From positions 1 through 64,000 of the forward strand of contig JAAOMT010000070.1 in assembly GCA_016748015.1 (NCBI GenBank): DNA of 64,000 nt, written 5' to 3'. Of the stretch, positions 12,300 through 23,599 are shown piece by piece. The translations under genes were made by a program, and so were the position numbers. The notes under the pieces are model-generated. The model saw only the letters and a list, made by a program, of their open reading frames with translations. It did no database searches and was not told the DNA's origin. The first letter of the stretch is position 1. Each line of letters opens with the position of its first letter. This DNA is from Geosiphon pyriformis uo1 (lineage: Eukaryota; Fungi; Glomeromycota).

Positions 12300-12930
12300 T
12301 CAAACTATTTATAAGATAATTTAATTAAAAAGTTTTATCTAATTTAAAACTAATTAGTTTAATGAAATTTTTTGTAGATAAAGTATATAATACCTAAGGT
12401 AAAATAAACTTTGTATCTAAGAGCCCAAATCTTTATATAAGAGTTTTGGCTCTTTTTGTAATAATCAAAACTTTTAGAACATTTAATCATATAATGTCTA
12501 AAATTTCCACTTGTATCTTTAAAGTTGTTTTCTTCATAAGCTTTATGTCTTTTATGATTTTTTCAAGTCAACCATAGAGCTTTAGTTGTTTTTTATATGA
12601 CAAGTTTTTGTCTATGAACAAAATTTTTTTAATTGTTTTTTCAAGTATATTAAAAAGTGCTAATATGCTTGCTATTATGCTTTTAAGCATATATTTATCT
12701 ATTTTGTTACCAATTTTTTCTCTTTTAATAGTGGGTTTTTTTGGTCTAATAACAGTATATGTTCTATTGTTATCAGTTATAGTAGTCTGTTTTTCAATAA
12801 TTAGAGTAGTATTTGAATAATTTTTGATTCAATACTCATAAAAAATATAAAAAGTGTTTTAAATGTTTTAATCCAGCAAATAATTGTTTATGTTAATTGA
12901 AAATATCTCTGTTTTGGAAATAATACATTT
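12300..12930 (-). pseudogene. Family C probable ORF3 (between integrase and PPT)
   Basis: Same position and size as ORF3 of A and B; eroded C-terminal RA..L..RFG segment; borders uncertain. Confidence 0.4.
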
Positions 12931-12992
12931 ATTTATATCTGATTTTTGCTAATCATTTGAGTTAGTATTACTATAACAAGTAACTAATCAGA

Positions 12993-14363
12993 TTATTTGT
13001 AATATTTTTTGAGTTATGTACTATAAACAAAGTAATTATTAAAAATTATTCTATATTGATCTTGTAAGATATAAAAACCATTGTTCAAAACTTTGTTGAT
13101 TATAAAAAGTCTTTTTTACTGGTTAGAAAATTTATTATCATATATATTGTTTCTGTTTGAGTGGTATTCTAAAACTAAGTTATTAATACTTAAGAAAAGT
13201 GTTTTATAAGTTTTTTTTTTCTTAAGCTTTTTTTGAAACTGTTTTATTTTTTTAAAAACAATTATCTATGTTTTTACCAAAAAGTCAAAAATAATACCAA
13301 GTCTTTTTTGCAAAATGTTTTTGTAATTCTTTATTGTGATTTTTTTAAAGGATATTGTTTTAATATTAATTTCTATTAGTAGTATTATTATTTATCTATA
13401 GAACAGATAAAAAAGTTTATAACTTGTTATGTCATAATTTACAGTTTTATAAGTAAACAAAGTTAAAAACAGTACTTTGTTCTATAAGTTTGTTTCTTTA
13501 CTGTTTTTAGCTAATGTTTTATTAAATTATTTGTTTGAAAGTAATAAGAAAAAAAAAGTTTACAATATATTTCTATTTTTATAAAGTTCTTTAACTAATA
13601 TACTAAAAAAAGTTTTTTTTTGTTAGATAAAAGTTTTTTGGAACAGTCATGACAATAAATAATATCTTCATAAATAAAATTGACAATAAAAACTGCTGTT
13701 TAATTTAAGATGGCTTTTGCTTTTATCTACTTTGTAAGATAGTCAGTAGTTGTAATAATATATCTATTATCATCAAGAGTTATTGTTAAAGATTCAACAA
13801 CATCTATACTAATTTTGTTAAATAGTTGACTAACAAAGATTGAATAAATGTCTTCTTTGTAATTGGGGTTTTTTTTTTGGCAAATATTACAGATTTTAAT
13901 GTATTCAATAATATCTTTTTCTAAGATAGACTAATAATAACAAATAAAAGTTTTCTGAATTGTTTTTGTTTTTTCAAAGTATCTAGCTAATAAATCAGTG
14001 TACATATTATAGATTATAATTTTTTTTTTTCAAATTTAATAATTTTTTAGAAACAATTAGAATCTTTTCTATTTCTTTTGTAAAGTTGGTTTTGGTAAAT
14101 TAAATAGAAATTTGATTGTTTACATAAATGTTTTCTTTGCTGTCAAGTATAATTTAGTAAGTATTGTTTTTTATTCAAAAATTTTATAAAAACAGAGTAG
14201 TTGTCTATGTTTATTATCATATTTGTTTAAAAAGAAGTTATTAATAATTAGGTTGGTTTGGTTTAAAAAAGTTGTATTTATTATTAAATAGTAAGTCTAA
14301 AGAAAGTATTAGTGTTTTAAGAATGAACTTTTTTGTAATATTGTATATCTTAATTAAATTCAT
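12993..14363 (-). pseudogene. Family C integrase, separate ORF
   Basis: ATG overlaps the RNase H stop (ATGA, 14360-14363); eroded core and GPF-like C-terminus ending ..LKKYYK*. Confidence 0.7.
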
Positions 14364-15701
14364 TTAGATAGAGTATTTAGTAAGTTATTTATTTATGTTT
14401 TAGTTTTTTTTTGTTGTATAATCAAACCAAAACTTGGTAATCTGTTACCACCAAAAACTTTACACCAAAAAAATACTTACTTCAATAGCTAGTAGATCAT
14501 ATTACTGTTAAGTATTCCTGTTTAATTATTGAGTAATTTTGTTCTGTTAAAGAGAAAAATCTGGTTAGTATAAGCTATAACATGTTTTTTATTATCTTTA
14601 TTTTTCTAAAATAGAACAGTATCAAGTTCAAAGCCAAATGTATTAGTGTAAAAAATGAAAAATTGATTTATATTAAGTTGTTTAAGAATTAGCTTAATAA
14701 TTAGTTTTTCCTTTAGAATTTCAAAAGCTTTTTGTTGATGTGTGCTCCAATAATAATTGACAGTTTTCTTGAATAGCTGATTAAAAAAAAACAATTTTGA
14801 AGAAGTTTTTAACAAATTTGTAATAATAAAAGACCAAACCAAGAAAAAAGTGTAATTTATAAATGTTTATTGGTTGTTTAATGTTTTGAACTTTTTTAAT
14901 TTTAGCAAAATCAAAAAAGATTTCATTTTTTATAATAAAATAACCAAAAAACTGGGTAAATTGATGTCCAAAAAAAATTTAATTAGATTAATCTTGAAGC
15001 CAGCATTTCTAAAGAGATTAAAAATCTTTTGTAAATATTTAAAGTATTTATTTTAAGTTTTTGAGTATATTATTATGTTATCTAAATAAACCAGAACAAA
15101 TTTTTTTTTTACTAATTCAAATACTTTGTTTATTAGGTGTTGAAAAGTAAAAAAAATATTGATAAGACCAAAATACATAGCAATAAATTTATAAGTATTA
15201 TATTTGATAATAAAGACAGTTTTCTTTCTGCTTTTTGAATTCATTTTTACTTGCCAAAATCCAGCAGTTAAATCAATAGTTAAGAAAAAAACAGCATTAT
15301 TAAATTGATTTAACATTGCATTAATTTTAGAAAGTAGATATATATTTCTTTTAGTAATGGTATTTAATTAAAAATAGTTGACACAAAAGCATAAAGTTCC
15401 ACTTTTTTTGAATATTACTACAACTAAAAAGACCTATTTACTCTTGATTTTTTGTACAAATTCAAGGTTTTTTATCTAGTTTATATTTTTTTTAATAAAT
15501 TTATTATTGTGGTAATTGAACTAATAAAGTTTTAAGTAAATAGGGTAAGTTTTTCTAATGATAATAGTGTATTATATCACATAAATCTATTTAGAAATAT
15601 CGTTTTCTTTTGAAATAACTGGGTTATTTCTAGTTAGCAGGTTTTTAATGTCAATTTTTTTTTCTGGGAAGAGTTTTTTTTGTTTTATTATTAATAATTG
15701 T

Positions 15702-16518
15702 TGTTACTTATAGAATATAGGAATTAAATATTAGTACATAAATTAGCCAATCAAAATAAATGTAGTAAAAGTGGAATTCCAAGATTTTTGTATAAAAAAT
15801 TACAGTATTCCAGGAATTCCAAGATTTTTGGCTAGAGAATTGAGGAATTCAAGGAATCTTGTACAATAAAATTTATGTATATATAGCAGTAGTATTAAAA
15901 GTTAGAAAATTAGTCAAGAAGACTTAGAGTCAATTAGACTCTCAGAGTTAATTAAACTTGCAAGTCATAATTATTAAATACTCTTCCTTCAAAAAATAGA
16001 ATATTATAATTTGAAATAAAATCACTTCTATATTAATGACATTATCTATTATCCTTAAATCCATGTTATTATTTACTACTTAACCTGCTGGCACAATAGC
16101 TTTTGATTATGGCTATTGACAGAACACTTATTTTTTATTTTATTTTCTTTATTTTTTTATTTTTTTTTATTTTTTTTTATTTTATTTTCTTTTGTTGTTT
16201 ACTAATTGATTAAAAATTAAGCACTAAATTATTAACATTACAGATAGCCTGATAAAAGACCTGAAAAAAGAGTAATATTAGATATATATTAATGGATAGC
16301 TTACCAAAAAGGCATGAATGCCAGAATAAACTGGCCACCAAGCTGAAAAAAAAAATTAGAAAAACAATTTATCAACAATGACAACATTATTATCAAATTT
16401 TTGTCTATTATACAAAAAACTTACCAAAACCTTCAGACTATAACAACCATTTTATCAATTGAGCACCAAGTTACAGGTTTTTTATTTGCTTTAAGACCCC
16501 AAATAATTATCTGTAATA
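15702..16518 (+). repeat. Solo LTR, family B
   Basis: TGTTAC...TGTAA(C>T)A termini; similar to 33314-34137; TSD TTGT/CTGT; no internal sequence. Confidence 0.9.
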
Positions 16519-17174
16519 CTGTATTTCTGGTGGTTTATTTTTAAAGAACTTTTGTACTTTTTTTGTTTTTTCTTGAGGTATTAAGCTGATTGGTTTTCAA
16601 TTTTTGTAATAGATTAGGCAGAATTTGTATTTATTATTAAGAAATACAATGGTTTTATTACACCAATATTAGACACAAAAGTCATGTTACTAATAATTGT
16701 ATTTGGCTTTTTTGCTAGGCTTTCTATCAAAAATTTTTCTAAAAATATTATAATAGAGCCAACAGATTAACTTGTCATTTACAATAATTCTTTTTTTGTT
16801 TGTTTTAATATAATCTAATGGCTTGTTATTACTAATAAAGATAATATAAACAAGTTTAACAGTTTTTTTTCATTTTTTTTTTCATTTTTTTTTTATCATT
16901 TAATTTATTTGATTGTTCTTTTGGGCTTTGCTTAAGTGCTAAAGGAGTTGTTTAATAATAACACTTAATCACAATAGACTTTTTATTATATCTAATAATT
17001 AATTTATATAAATTATAGTCAAATAAAGCTTTGGCTTTCTTAAGCCATTTATTGCCAACAATAATAGTGTATTTTTTGGCTTTAAAAACTTTTATGTCAG
17101 TTTCAATGCTAATGTCATTAATATAAACAGAAACAGCTTTAGCAATATCCAAACTTTTTTTCTTATCTCTATAT

Positions 17175-18117
17175 TGTTACCAGTAGAATTTTAGCTATTA
17201 ATTAGCATAAAATTACTTTTATAATTCTTATTATTAACTAGTATATATTAATATTATTTCAAATTATCACTTATTATTTAATTAAATTATCAAATATCAT
17301 CATTTAATTAATAATTCAATTTGTAATATAGAAATTAAGATAATCAAATTACACAATACTCTGAATTATTTAACATTTAAAAATTCGCCAAAATTTGTAG
17401 AAATAATGAATAATTTACCAAAATAGTTAATAGTTTATTAAAATAACTTGTAATTTGTTGAAATATATTTTTGGTTCATTAAAATCATAGCAAAGAAGAA
17501 AGTTTAAGTTCAAAAATTAGTACTATAATAAGTTATATAATAAAAAAGCTTCTCTTTTCGAAAAAATATATCTTACTTCAGATTTATATATATTAGAATT
17601 ATCTTTAAAAAAAATAAAAATAAAAATATTCGAAAAACCAAACTCTTAATTATTTCTCTTGAAATTCTCCAAACCTAATTAAAATTTTGAAATTGATTAA
17701 CTATCAATTTCAGTAATTTGTTAGTAACTTCAGACCTAAATAGAAAACGTTTCCCTTGTTAAAATTCTATTTTTTTTACATTTCTTTATTTTTTTTCTTT
17801 TTTTATTATAATCATTAAGGTAGCCTATAGACAAGATTTTTGTAGAAAAGTTGACTTTTACAGCAAAGTAACTACACATTTGTAATAAGCTTCCAGATGA
17901 GCAATTTTTGGAAAAGAGTTGACTTTTATTACAAAGTAACTACATATAGTAACTGGCATGGAATTGGTCATTCTATTTATAAGCTCAGCAGTTCAAATTA
18001 TAAGAAATAATTTAAAAATAAATTCAGTTATCAGAGATTCAACTACTTTAATCATGAATTAACAGTAAAACAACATTAATAACATTTAAAAAAAAAGACC
18101 AAAAACCTTTAATAACA
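17175..18117 (+). repeat. Solo LTR, family A
   Basis: Reverse complement of 80-1058; TSD ATAT/ATAC; interrupts the family C protease. Confidence 0.9.
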
Positions 18118-20311
18118 ATACATATTAATTATAAAACAAGTTGAAAGTTCATTAATTTTTCTACTAATAGCTTTAAAAAAATATTTGGCAATAATACTAA
18201 CAGATAAGCTACTATTTAGAATCAGATCAATAAAGTAACCAGCCACTTGGGCTTTACAAATCAAAAAAATAACATTGCTGTTGTTAATAAGTTCAGTTTG
18301 TTAAGAATGCTTATTAGTTTTTAGTGTCTTTTTTTTTGGAATTAAAGATTTGTGGAGAATTTTTTTAAACTGTAAATGGGTTATTAGTTGGCCAAAAATA
18401 ATATGTCTTGGAATTTTTATGAAGTTTTTAACAACAGAATATGTTCCAGATTTTTGTACAATTTTTGAAGATTTTAACTTTGGAGAATTTTTAAAAACTT
18501 TAATTTTTAGTAACTTATTGTTATTAACAGTTAATATAAAAGCTTTATTAGGGTCTAAGACAAAATTAACTTAAGTTTTTTTTTCTTTTTTGTTAAGTTA
18601 GAGAAGTTAATAGTTAGTTTATTCATATTATAATCATTATTAGTTAGATTAAAAGCATAAAAAGTGTTTTTTTCTAATTGGCTTGCATTTTCATTTTTTG
18701 GAATATGTCTATTATTTAAAGACTAATAAATAATGGCTTTAATTAAAAAATTTTTTCCAAAAAAATTAATGTTAACATAATTAGATCTTTAATTAAGAAC
18801 ATTATTGTTAATAAATTTATTATTCTAGTTGTTATTGTGTTTAAAAACTGAAAAAGACAAAAGAAAATTGTTGTAATTTCTGAAAAAATATTCAGTTAAT
18901 TCACAATAATAGCATATAAATAGGCCACAATTTTGCTGTCTTTGATAAAATAGTTGTTAAAGCAAATTAAAATATAGTTTAAATTTGGGTTTTTGTAATT
19001 GTTGGTTATTTTTTACTGCTTATGTCAAAAATTTTAATAGCTAGGCAAAATTGGCTGTGAATCTATTTATTAATTGTTTATTGAAATCTGAAGTTTAAGC
19101 AGCAAAAAAAATAGCAGCTATTTAAGAAGCAAAAGCCATAATAAAAGCAAAGACAAAAACTAGAACAGTAGATCCTATGTGTATTCTTTGGTTGTTTTCT
19201 ATTTTTTAAACAAGTTTAATGACCATATTTATGGTAGAATTATCTTTTAAAGCCAAGAAGAGCCAAAAAACATACAAAAGATTAGTTTTCAATCTTTTTG
19301 TAAAAAGAATAAATCTTTTGCTTTTTTGTTCAGTTTTTTTCAGAGTCTATTTATTTAATTAACTTTTTGATTGCTTTGGCATATTCAGTTACAACTTTGC
19401 CAGGACTTTAAGTTTTTTTTTCTAATTTTATGTGCTATTTGGATATTAATATTGGGGTTTTAAATTTGTTTTCAAACTGAGTAGTAAAAAAGATGTTGTT
19501 TTCTTTAGTATTTGCTAGTATCTATCTGATAATTTTTTGCTAAACATTGGCATCAGTTTTTTGTGAAAACCATGTAGCAAAAAAGTCTTGAAGGTATTTA
19601 CCAATGATTTAGAACTTGTATTTATTATTATATTAGTTGGCTGTTGTAGCTTTTTCAAAGTTATTTAACTATTTAATTAGATTTTGTATATTATCTCTGA
19701 ATAATGGTAATGGAGTGCTGTTTCTTTATTCTAAAGCAGTTTGTATACCTTAAAGGACAGCTAAGATATTTGTTGTATGAGATTAACAACCATTGGTTCT
19801 GAAATTGTTGTTTGAGTAGAAGAGTTTAATTTACTTGATAAAAAATCAAAAACAAAAGCAATTTAATAACTTTCTTCTTCTATTTTAAAAGAGTTTTAGC
19901 TAACTAATAAAAAACAATTCAGTTGTGAATTTGGTAGTTCAAGTATTCGAAATTAGGAGGCTGTTGTTTAAAAGTGGTTTAGTATAAAAGCTGGTTGATA
20001 CTGTTGTTTCTTTTTTTAAAATTGTTTTTAAAATAAGCTTGATTAAAGAAATAGGTTGTATATGCTGTATAGGTTTTAGTTAAATACTTGTTCAGAAACC
20101 AGTTTTAAAAGTCTTGAAATTGTTTAATAGATTGGTTTTCAATAAGAAAGCAAATTAGACAAAAAAGCAAAAAATTATCTGCAATAAAATTTAAATCATT
20201 TTTGTTGTATACTTCAAAGTGTTTCTCTGATTGTTGGGGCAAATATAAATAATCACCCATACAATAAAAAACAAGCAGATTTTGACAACTTTACAAAAAG
20301 CATCACTTTTA

Positions 20312-21060
20312 TGTTATGGATTGAAGTAATAAGCTAATAAATAGCAAAAAAAACAGAATTGTAGGATAATAGAATTAATCAAAGTAAATTTAACTTTAAG
20401 GAACAAATTAAATGAGTATAGATTCAATATGTGAAATCAGTTTCATAAAATATTTCAGTTGTTATTCTTTTCAAAAGATAATCAAAGAATTTGAAAGTAG
20501 AAAAATAGTTCATACTGTTAACAAATAATAACATATTGGTATAATTCTATGCTTTATATTAATGCTCTTAGAATTTGATATCAGATATTAGATATACTTT
20601 TCAGTCATGTTTTATTTAATAATCTTCAAAATACTACAATTATACAAATTAAAAAAAGAGTAGATAAATACCAACAAGTAATCTTTTATTTCAAGATATT
20701 TAGATACTTAAAAATAAAGAAAAGAAAATAAGCAATAGAAGAAGAATTGAGATGATAGTTGTGATTTTATTTATTTTTTATTAATTGTTACATGATATTT
20801 TTACATCTGAAAAATTCATTACTTATATAGCTATAAAAAATAATCAATGATCAGATCAATAATTAAGTTAATAATTAAATCAATAATCAGGTTAACAATT
20901 AAGTCATTAATTAAGTCACTAATCAGATTAATAATTAAGTTAATGGTCAGGTCATTAATTAGATTAATGATTACTATCTAAAAATAGAGTAGCTAATTAT
21001 ATAATATCAATAGCTAATATATATAATAATTAATAAAAAGTATGAATTTTAACTATAATA
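20312..21060 (-). repeat. Family C 5' LTR
   Basis: Direct repeat of 11482-12265; eroded PBS TG(G>A)TGCT a few nt inside (~20296-20305). Confidence 0.9.
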
Positions 21061-23195
21061 ATACTTAAAATTTTAATTAAAAACAAGTTATTAAATTTTT
21101 TATATTCTTATTTTAACATTTTTAATTTTGTATTTTTACTTGTTTTTATAAGTTTGCTTTTATACAAAATTAAGTTGTAAACTTAAAAAATTTTTCATGT
21201 TAATATTTATTAAAACCGTCAAATAATAATGTTAAAAAAATTATTTATTTTGTAAATATATTGTTTAAACATTAAATTTTAAAAGTTTTTATTAATTAAA
21301 ACAAAATTTATATATTTTTTGATATTTTTAAAGTTTGATTATATAAACATCTTTGTCAAAAAAAAACCAATAAGAAAATTACTTAAATTTAAATCCAAAA
21401 TTTTTTTAAAATTTATACTATAACCAGAATTATTTTTGTTAAAGTTTTTTTTAAAACTATGTATGTATTATTATTTAATATTTGAATTAACTTTCAAAGT
21501 AAAAATCCGAACTTTATTTTTTAACTTTATTTCTGTAATAATTAATACTAAATTATTTAAAATTTTATATTATTTAACAATATTATTTTGTTTTATAAAA
21601 TAATTTATTTTTTTTATGTTATATATAAAATTTTTTTAAATAAAACTAGTTATTAAAAAATAGACAAAAAAAAACTCAAAATTAATATACAACTAATTTA
21701 ATCTTATTAAAACTAAATTAGCAAAAACTTTAAAGACAATTATTTTAAATTTTAAGTTATTAACTTTAATAGTTAAAACTTTAAAATTACTAAAACCCAA
21801 AAGTAAAAAACTATTAATAACACTTTTAAAAAAATAATAATATGTTTATGTTATTTATAATTATATTTAATATTAAGCTTAATTTTAAGTTAATTAATAT
21901 AACTAAAGATAATAGAAATATTAAAAACATTGGTAAAAAAAATCTAGTTTACAAGAAATTTTAGATATTTAATTAGACAAAAGCTTTAGAAATTGTTTTA
22001 AAATAAACAAATAAGTATTTATAAAAGAAACAAAATAAAAAAAAATACACTTGTATTAAAAAAATTTAAGCTTAATAAAAGAAAACTAGAGTTAAGTCCA
22101 AATAAATTGGTTTTTAATTTAAAAATCTATAATATTACTTGAACTTAAGTCTTTAAAAACAACTAATTACAAAATAAAAGCATTTTTTTAGCATATAAGT
22201 TGGCCAATTAAAGCCAATTAACATTTAAAAAAAACTTTTTATAAAATTTTTTAAAAAAGCTTAAAGTAAATTTAAAAAAATTATATTTAAAAACAAAATA
22301 TTCAAAATATTTATATTTTTTACAATAAACCAAATCTATTTTAATTTTATAAAAATTTATACTATTAAATATTAAGATTGTATAATAAGCTAATTTTAAA
22401 TTTTTCTTAGATTTAAAGCATATAATAATATAATAAATTTTAATATTAATATTAATTGAATAATTAATAATATATATTTTTTTACCAAAATTATAAGCAT
22501 CTGTATCTATAAATAAAGTAAACAAAAATGCTTTAAAATAATTTTTAAACAGTTAAGTAGCTTAATTTTCAATAATCTCAGTTATATATACAAAAATTTT
22601 TTAATCAAAAATAATCATTTTAATGTCAAAAAATTAGTTCGATTTAATATAGTAAATTTTATTATAGTTTTTTGTTACAGTTTAATAAGTTGTAATTAAA
22701 TTAACATTAATTTATCAAATATAAATAAAACTACAATAATTGTTTTTTTATTGTATCTATAAAAATTTTCTTAATTATTATAGTTTAATTTAATTAAGCT
22801 CTTTGTTTTTTAAAATTGTTGTTTATGCAAATTTTTTTTCACTAACTAGAATTGTAATCTGTATTAAATTTTTTTTGAAGTAAATATAATATAAATAATT
22901 TTTTAATAATCTGTATTTTTGTTGTAATTAATTTGTTTTAATAGCTAAAAAATTAATGTTTAAAACATAAAATTATTTGATAAATATTTTTATAAGAGTT
23001 TTTATAATTTTAGAATTAATTTATTTTTTATTTAAGAAAATACTAATAAAAAAAAAATCTTTTTATTAATATTAAATTTAAAAAACTAATAAGAAATCCA
23101 ATTAACATATTAATATTAATCTATTTTATTTTAGAAATATTAAATATAAAGTTCAAGAATATTTTGTTTTTATTATTAGTATTATAACTAATATT

Positions 23196-23241
23196 TTTTT
23201 TTTATTAGTTTTACAAGTGAAGCCCAATCACTATCTAATAC
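23196..23241 (-). mobile_element. Extremely 5'-truncated LINE insertion (3'UTR + poly(A))
   Basis: Resembles the LINE 3' end at 7860-7900; flanked by an ACTAATATT direct repeat (23187-23195, 23242-23250). Confidence 0.6.
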
Positions 23242-23599
23242 ACTAATATTAAAAACAAAAAAAAATTTATCATATTATCTGTATTTGTCTTCGTATTTTA
23301 GAATTGTTTTATAATATTTAAAAATAATTTAAATTCCAAATCTGTTTTATCTCTTAAATATTTAATATTTTTAACTAATATCTTGTGCTTTTATATAAAA
23401 CTATTATTAATTAAACTAGAAACAATACTTCTATTTGATTTTTTTTTAGTTATAATATTATTTATAATTGCTAATTCTATAACAAAAGAGTTTATTTTTT
23501 GAAAAATAAAAAAAATAGCAGAATAAAAATCAATAAATTTTTTTTATAAAATGTAAGCTTTTTAAGAAATTTGAAATAAATAAAAAAAAATTATAATAA

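Larger units (their letters stand above)
14360..20260 (-). pseudogene. Family C gag-protease-RT-RNase H polyprotein (interrupted by two solo LTRs)
   Basis: Capsid-like segment ~19300-19800; knuckle CYYC..(G)H ~18870-18915; protease ~16950-18240; RT TIDLTAGFWQV..VYLD(D>N)IIIYS (15053-15316); RNase H 14360-14840. Confidence 0.85.
11482..21060 (-). mobile_element. Ty3/Gypsy family C element, full length, degenerate, lacking dUTPase
   Basis: Two direct LTRs, PBS-like and PPT sites, 4-bp TSD ATAT/ATAC, gag-PR-RT-RH-IN order. Confidence 0.9.
7858..23590 (-). mobile_element. LINE copy 2, apparently full length and heavily eroded, split by Gypsy family C (11482-21060)
   Basis: Poly(A) tail at ~7858-7865; RNase H (VYINNSLKN at 9058-9240) and RT region 9700-11480; APE/linker frame resumes at 21061; ORF1 ~21653-23480 (ORF 22208 homologous to ORF 27153). 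Confidence 0.8.

Noticed and set aside
12608-12820. Hydrophobic + strand ORFs (also 40381, 41785, 51140, 52390, 53516, 54086, 58063, 58524, 61077) as membrane proteins
   Set aside because: They are antisense shadows of A-rich retroelement coding strands or LTRs, with no independent motifs
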